From: Candidatus Nanoarchaeia archaeon
GTDB lineage: Archaea > Nanobdellota > Nanobdellia > SCGC-AAA011-G17 > JACPNG01
Reading direction: 5' to 3'
DNA length: 32,762 nucleotides
NCBI GenBank assembly: GCA_030745695.1
Contig: JASLOB010000022.1
Location: 1-32,762 of the forward strand
The notes under the pieces were generated by a model. The model was not told the DNA's origin. It ran no database searches and saw nothing but the letters and a program-made list of their open reading frames with translations. The position numbers and the translations under genes were made by a program. How positions within the stretch are numbered: position 1 is the first letter of the stretch; every line of letters starts with the position of its first letter. Positions 27,897-32,762 of the stretch are shown one piece after another.

Positions 27897-28760
27897 ATGG
27901 TATTGGAGTCATTAATTGGACCAGTCAAAGCAGAGAAAAAATTTTGGGAACTTTTCTTTTTTGGTGTTTTATATTCATCCATTGCTGTTATTTTAGCATT
28001 ATGGATCTTTAAAGATCAATCCAGTTTAATTGTTGTTTTTCTAACAGTTTTAGCTACAGTCCCTTTAATGTATAGAACAATCAAATTTGAAGAAAAAAAA
28101 GATTTGAAAATACAAAATGAAGTTAGTTTATTAAAAGCACATAGTAGGGCATTAGCGTTCTTTATGTTTTTATTTATGGGAATAACAATTGCATTTTCAT
28201 TATGGTATACATTCCTTCCAGAGGAATTAGTTAACACATTATTTTCTACCCAAGTTAAAACAATAGAATCAATAAACGCTCAAATCTTAAGAACTGGAAT
28301 ATCAAGTTTAACAATAGCTCAAGATTTTTATATGCAAATATTATCAAATAACTTTAAAGTTTTATTATTTAGTATATTCTTTTCTTTCTTTTATGGGGCA
28401 GGTGCAATTTTTATATTAACATGGAATGCATCAGTAATAGCAAGTGCTATTGGGATATTTATTAGGAGAAATTTAAGTGAGTTAGCTACTAGTTTTGGTT
28501 TGGGAAATATTGCTAGTTACTTCCAAGTATTCTCAATTGGAACTTTAAGATACATGACCCATGGTACATTTGAGATATTAGCTTATTTTATTGGAGGATT
28601 GGCAGGAGGATTAATCTCTGTAGCAATAATAAGACATAACATTGATAGTAAAGAATTTAGGCATGTTTTAATTGATTCAATAGATTTAACATTATTAGCA
28701 GTAGCAATACTAGTTGTAGCAGCTTTTGTTGAAGTGTATATAACTCCCTCTTTATTTTAA
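27897..28760 (+). CDS. SpoIIM / DUF95 family membrane protein
   Basis: ILSNNFKV, LTWNAS, HGTFEILAY...GG, AAFVEVYITP. Confidence 0.85.
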   Translation: MVLESLIGPVKAEKKFWELFFFGVLYSSIAVILALWIFKDQSSLIVVFLTVLATVPLMYRTIKFEEKKDLKIQNEVSLLKAHSRALAFFMFLFMGITIAFSLWYTFLPEELVNTLFSTQVKTIESINAQILRTGISSLTIAQDFYMQILSNNFKVLLFSIFFSFFYGAGAIFILTWNASVIASAIGIFIRRNLSELATSFGLGNIASYFQVFSIGTLRYMTHGTFEILAYFIGGLAGGLISVAIIRHNIDSKEFRHVLIDSIDLTLLAVAILVVAAFVEVYITPSLF

Positions 28761-28798
28761 AGGTAAAATTTTTAAACACAATATATTAATTATTATCA

Positions 28799-29410
28799 AT
28801 GAAATCTTCAATAATAAGAAAAGAAAAAATACCATTCTATAAAAATAAAAAGATACTAACTGGATCTATAGGATTGTTTATTATAGGAACTATGGTTTTT
28901 AGTATATTTGGTTATAGTAGCACACAGCATAGTAGGTCAGGAGATTCTAATTATTATGATTATGATGGTTATAGATTTGTAGCAACAAATCAAGGATGGT
29001 TAACACATCTAGGAGAAAATCCTATTTCATTTTATTTTGGCCCTAGAGAGCTAGAATATTTTAATCCAGAAATTGATTTTAAAATAAATAATTTAGATTA
29101 TTTAGATAAAATTTATGTAAGTTTGCATCCTAATGAAAATTTGCATCCTGCTGCCCAAGAGTTTACTAGATTTATTAATTTCGGGAATAACTATGTTATT
29201 GCTTGTTCAGAAGATGGACAAGGATGTGAAGATATTCCTATTAAAACATGTGAAGATGCAACTAATACTATTGGAGTGATAGAATTTAATTTTTCAAATG
29301 AAACAAAGATTATAACAGACAATACATGTGTAAAAGTTGAAGGATCACAACAATCTATAATCATGTTAACAAATAAAATTGTTTTAACTGAATTAGGAAT
29401 AATGAAATGA
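28799..29410 (+). CDS. Membrane-anchored hypothetical protein (paralogue of the next gene)
   Basis: N-terminal TM; C-terminal C..A....GVI.F.....TKI...CV.VEG...LGIM. Confidence 0.75.
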   Translation: MKSSIIRKEKIPFYKNKKILTGSIGLFIIGTMVFSIFGYSSTQHSRSGDSNYYDYDGYRFVATNQGWLTHLGENPISFYFGPRELEYFNPEIDFKINNLDYLDKIYVSLHPNENLHPAAQEFTRFINFGNNYVIACSEDGQGCEDIPIKTCEDATNTIGVIEFNFSNETKIITDNTCVKVEGSQQSIIMLTNKIVLTELGIMK

Positions 29411-29964
29411 AAAAAATATTAGTATTATTAATTTTAAGTATATTTTTTATATCAAGTTGTACTTTCTTTACTTCTGCTCCAGGAACTTATAAATATGGAG
29501 AATATGAAGTTACAAGAACTAGACAAGGAGGTTATGCAGGATATTTAACAACCGTTTATATTAATGATAATACTAATCCAACACAAATAAACACAAGACA
29601 TGACCCTCAAAGTTTAGAGAACATTAAAGTTGGAAAAAATGTTAGAGAGTCACTATTAACTAAAAAAGAATTATTTTTACATATTAATGATGAAAATTTA
29701 ACTGGACTTACTACAGTAGCTGGATTAGAATTTAATAATTTAATAGAAAGATTTTATAGCATCCCAGTAAGATATGAAGAAAATAAGTATGATTGTAGTC
29801 ATAATTTAGATAATAGGATAGGTATAGTTAAATTACAATTAGGAGATGAAACTAAAGTATTTGTTGAAGATAGTTGTGTGGTTTTACAAGGGCAAACTGA
29901 AAAAGATCTAGTTAGAGCAGCTGATAGAACAATATTTTTCTTATTAGGAATAATGGAAGAGTAA
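29407..29964 (+). CDS. Putative lipoprotein (paralogue of the previous gene)
   Basis: Signal ending ISSC; C-terminal GIVKL...ETKV...CVVLQG...LGIMEE; ATGA overlap with the previous gene. Confidence 0.75.
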   Translation: MKKILVLLILSIFFISSCTFFTSAPGTYKYGEYEVTRTRQGGYAGYLTTVYINDNTNPTQINTRHDPQSLENIKVGKNVRESLLTKKELFLHINDENLTGLTTVAGLEFNNLIERFYSIPVRYEENKYDCSHNLDNRIGIVKLQLGDETKVFVEDSCVVLQGQTEKDLVRAADRTIFFLLGIMEE

Positions 29965-29995
29965 TATTTAATAATGCTTTCTTATTCTTATAAAT

Positions 29996-30151
29996 GTGAA
30001 AGATCCAATATCTAAAGAACTATATGATTTATTAGCATGTCCAATATGTAAATCAAATATTATATATAATAAAGATAAAACATCTTTAATATGTAAAAAA
30101 TGTGATAAAAATTATCCAATAAAAGAAGGAATCCCTTTATTATTACCTTAA
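29996..30151 (+). CDS. Trm112-like zinc-binding methyltransferase activator (51 aa)
   Basis: Manual translation from GTG: MKDPISKELYDLLACPICKSNIIYNKDKTSLICKKCDKNYPIKEGIPLLLP*. LACPxC...LxC...YPIxEGIP is the Trm112/YcaR signature. Confidence 0.88.
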   Translation: MKDPISKELYDLLACPICKSNIIYNKDKTSLICKKCDKNYPIKEGIPLLLP

Positions 30152-30322
30152 GCCGAGATTCTATAACATTATTTAAATTTCTTATTTTGTTTAATTAAAG
30201 TCTGTGTTGTTAATATTTACAATTCTTTTCCCAGCTTTTTAGAGAAGTTCCATGATTCAGATACTAAACTTCTTAAAATTGGAGGGATACCTAACTATCA
30301 TGGTTTAGAGACTAGAGAATTA

Positions 30323-30622
30323 ATGGCTGGATTTTTAGAGTCACCTTTACCTAATCTTATTAAGATAGCTAATCAGGTGGATAAAAAAGGAGAGCTTACT
30401 TTATTAGCTAAAAATTATAGGGAACTTGCTCAGATAGCATTTGATGCAAATTTTAAAGCTATGTCTCCATCTGATTATAAAAATTTCATTAAGTCAACTG
30501 AAGGGATAGAATGTGAAGATGAAGCTTGTATTGAGTTTAGATGTTTAACTTACAAATATGCTTGTTGTGTTAATTTTCTAGAGTCTAATAATTGTCAACA
30601 AAAAAAAGAAGAAGTAGATTAA
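30323..30622 (+). CDS. Orphan hypothetical protein with Cys-rich C-terminus
   Basis: 99-aa ORF. The frame stays open upstream to about 30167 without an ATG, so the start is uncertain. Confidence 0.45.
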   Translation: MAGFLESPLPNLIKIANQVDKKGELTLLAKNYRELAQIAFDANFKAMSPSDYKNFIKSTEGIECEDEACIEFRCLTYKYACCVNFLESNNCQQKKEEVD

Positions 30623-30744
30623 TTTTATTTTATAAAAATATTTGGGACTGGGCGTTCTACATTCCATAAATCCTTTTTATTAAGTTGTTTAAATAACAAA
30701 TCTTATATATAAAAAGTTTGTAGTCCATTAAGGGCCACAATTAC

Positions 30745-30827
30745 GCCGAGATCGCATAATCTGGTATTGCACTGGCCTTGAGAGCCAGGCCCTTCGGGGC
30801 ATCTGGGTTCGAATCCCAGTCTCGGCG
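30745..30827 (+). tRNA. tRNA-Ser (anticodon TGA), long variable arm
   Basis: GCCGAGA/TCTCGGC acceptor stem, CTGGC-CTTGAGA-GCCAG, variable arm GCCCTTCGGGGC, GGTTCGAATCC. Confidence 0.96.
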
Positions 30828-30843
30828 TTCTACAATTAACAGA

Positions 30844-31404
30844 TTAAATAATAAAAATTCTCTCAATAATAACATCATTTACAGGCCTATCTGCACCATC
30901 TACTTGAGTTTTTCCAATATTCTCTAATATCTCCTCTCCTTTAGTTATTTGACCAAAAATAGCATGTTTATCATCTAACCAAGGTGTTGGAACTAAAGTT
31001 ATGAAAAATTGACTACTTCCAGTATCTGGACCTTTGTTAGCCATTGATAACAATCCTTTCTTATCATGTCTTAGTTCATTAGTAAATTCATCTTTTATTA
31101 CATATCCAGGACCACCAGTACCCCATCTATCTTTTTGATTAATATCTTTACTTAAAGGATCACCCATTTGAATCATAAAATCCTTTATAACTCTATGAAA
31201 TCTTTGTCCATTATAGAATCCTTGTTCTATCAATTTTTTAAAATTTTGAGTAGTTTCAGGAACTAATTCGTCAAACAACTCAAATTCCATCTCTCCTAGA
31301 TTAGTTTCAATCTTTACTTTAGTATTATTCATCTTATTTATGTTATCACAACCACTAATTAAAATTAAAGTTATAAAAAATAACATTAATATAACTTTTT
31401 TCAT
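30844..31404 (-). CDS. Cyclophilin-type peptidyl-prolyl isomerase with lipoprotein-like signal
   Basis: FYNGQRFHRVIKDFMIQMGDP, LSMANKGPDTGSSQFFIT, WLDDKHAIFGQ; N-terminal hydrophobic segment ending ISGC. Confidence 0.94.
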   Translation of the reverse strand: MKKVILMLFFITLILISGCDNINKMNNTKVKIETNLGEMEFELFDELVPETTQNFKKLIEQGFYNGQRFHRVIKDFMIQMGDPLSKDINQKDRWGTGGPGYVIKDEFTNELRHDKKGLLSMANKGPDTGSSQFFITLVPTPWLDDKHAIFGQITKGEEILENIGKTQVDGADRPVNDVIIERIFII

Positions 31405-31453
31405 TTTACAACATTAAAATATGTTATATAAAAAGCTATTTATTATTAAAAAT

Positions 31454-32335
31454 TTACCAAAAAAATCTTCTTGTTTTTCTTTTTATATATCTTCTATTCC
31501 AGACTAAAAGAAATAAAACAACAAGGCCAATTAATGTTAATATCCAATTATTTGCTAATTTATTTATTACTCTAGGCCTTCCAGTTGTTAATCCTGTTAT
31601 TTCTTCTAATCCTTTATCTCCTTCTTCCTCAGCAATTTCTTCTTCAATTACCTCTTCCTTCATTATCTCTTCAGCCTCTTCTTTAATTTCTTCTTCCACT
31701 TCTTTTTCTTGTTCCTCTTTTATTTCTATTGGTTCTTCTACAATAACCTCTTCATCTATTTCTTTAACCTCTTCTAAATCTCTTCCAAAAATCTCTTCTG
31801 AGAACAATCTTGATAAAAATCCCAGAATAGGATTTTCTTCTTTTTCTTCTACATTCTCTCTCTTTGTTAATCCAAATAATACAATTTTATCTGTCTTATC
31901 ATCTTCTTTTTTATGTTCTAAAGTAAGAGTAACTTCTTTATCATTTATACTACTTAATCTTAAGATCATATCTTCAAGACTATCTCTATCAAAATCTAAT
32001 CTAATGGCATTTTTTGATCCTAAATTAAGATATTGAGGGGTCTCAGCATCTTGTATAAATACTGTTAATCTAATAAAATTCCTATCTATTTCTACTTCTC
32101 TAATCATAACTTTATGTTCCTTTTCAATTAACTCATAATCTATCTCTCCTTCTTTATATTTATCAACATCATATTCTCTAAAAGGGACTACAAATCTAAC
32201 TACATCTCTTTCATTAATTGTGGTTTTTATTGTACTTTCTTTAGAAAAGTCTAAATCATGAACTTTTCCTGCAAAAACTAGATTTATACTTAATAGAATA
32301 AAAAGAGATACATATAACAATCTTACACCATTCAT
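31454..32335 (-). CDS. Surface protein with acidic stalk and C-terminal membrane anchor
   Basis: Signal peptide, LDFDRDSLEDMILRLSSI unit, Glu-rich linker, GLEEITGL, TM and basic tail. Confidence 0.75.
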   Translation of the reverse strand: MNGVRLLYVSLFILLSINLVFAGKVHDLDFSKESTIKTTINERDVVRFVVPFREYDVDKYKEGEIDYELIEKEHKVMIREVEIDRNFIRLTVFIQDAETPQYLNLGSKNAIRLDFDRDSLEDMILRLSSINDKEVTLTLEHKKEDDKTDKIVLFGLTKRENVEEKEENPILGFLSRLFSEEIFGRDLEEVKEIDEEVIVEEPIEIKEEQEKEVEEEIKEEAEEIMKEEVIEEEIAEEEGDKGLEEITGLTTGRPRVINKLANNWILTLIGLVVLFLLVWNRRYIKRKTRRFFW

Positions 32336-32414
32336 AAATGATAATTAAGATAGATTACTTATAAACATTTAGAAATTATAAAATATATAAATCAATATAA
32401 AAAAAGAAAAAGAA

Positions 32415-32762
32415 TTATTTCTTTTGCATAAAGTAGTACACAACTAACAATACTACTATCACTAATATCACTATAATAGTTATTGTTGTTCCATAACCTT
32501 TAGCTTCTGTTGGTGTTGGTGCTACTTCATCTACTGTTCCTGTAGTTGTTTCTTCAGCAGCTGCAGCTATCTCTTCTTCTGCTACAATAGCTGCTCCTTC
32601 TTCTACTTTAACAATAGATAAGTCTACAACTCCATTATCAACACTATTTAGAGTAACTTCTAAATCATCTAATCCATCATCATTAATATCAACACCTCTT
32701 GTCTCTCCTACATTCATCTCAAATGTTTGAGGATCTGAGGATATTGTTATTGTTGCAGATGT
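32415..32762 (-). CDS. Surface protein C-terminal fragment (5' end outside the window)
   Basis: Frame open to the window edge (TSATITISSDPQTFEMNVGETRGVDINDDGLDDLEVTLNSV...), Thr/Glu linker, C-terminal TM and KK. Confidence 0.8.
   Translation of the reverse strand, partial: TSATITISSDPQTFEMNVGETRGVDINDDGLDDLEVTLNSVDNGVVDLSIVKVEEGAAIVAEEEIAAAAEETTTGTVDEVAPTPTEAKGYGTTITIIVILVIVVLLVVYYFMQKK

Noticed and set aside
1390-28237. Other short track ORFs (1390, 3548, 4694, 6037, 7083, 7881, 11887, 12092, 13578, 14661, 15228, 16830, 17179, 19561, 23166, 27830, 28016)
   Set aside because: They lie antisense to or out of frame within well-supported genes and show no recognisable motifs.
31620-31780. TCTTC/TTC-rich quasi-repeats (also about 10130-10230 and 23620-23800)
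   Set aside because: Low-complexity Glu/Lys-rich linker codons, not CRISPR or tandem DNA repeats; no constant repeat-spacer period.

Overview
AT-rich, very densely packed archaeal chromosomal segment, most consistent with a DPANN lineage such as Woesearchaeota. That assignment is inferred from the PIN-ATPase-KH gene, Dph6, secF-secD order, an intron-containing tRNA, CCA-less tRNAs, GGTGA ribosome-binding sites and many Glu-rich membrane-anchored proteins. Contents in order: 3' end of a tyrosine recombinase; PINA-type ATPase; Kef-type antiporter; tRNA-Arg(CCT); a PIG-L deacetylase/glycosyltransferase operon; intron-containing tRNA-Gly(TCC); surface proteins; secFD; galE and a short UDP-sugar dehydrogenase; apt; an AI-2E transporter; a heptose operon (cupin-rfaE1-rfaE2-gmhB, no gmhA); a frameshifted P-loop kinase; a RimB-like protease/RimK pair; dph6; a thioredoxin-pdhA-pdhB...lipB-pdhC cluster with no E3; a SpoIIM-like gene; Trm112; tRNA-Ser(TGA); and a cyclophilin. 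Best leads: a cupin in the GmhA slot of the NDP-heptose operon, a thioredoxin coupled to an E3-less 2-oxoacid dehydrogenase cluster, a RimK with an AbrB-like tail, PDZ-like inserts in SecD, and a shared GLE[DE]ITG motif in unrelated surface proteins. No CRISPR array or intact mobile element was seen. All family calls are from motif recognition, not database searches.
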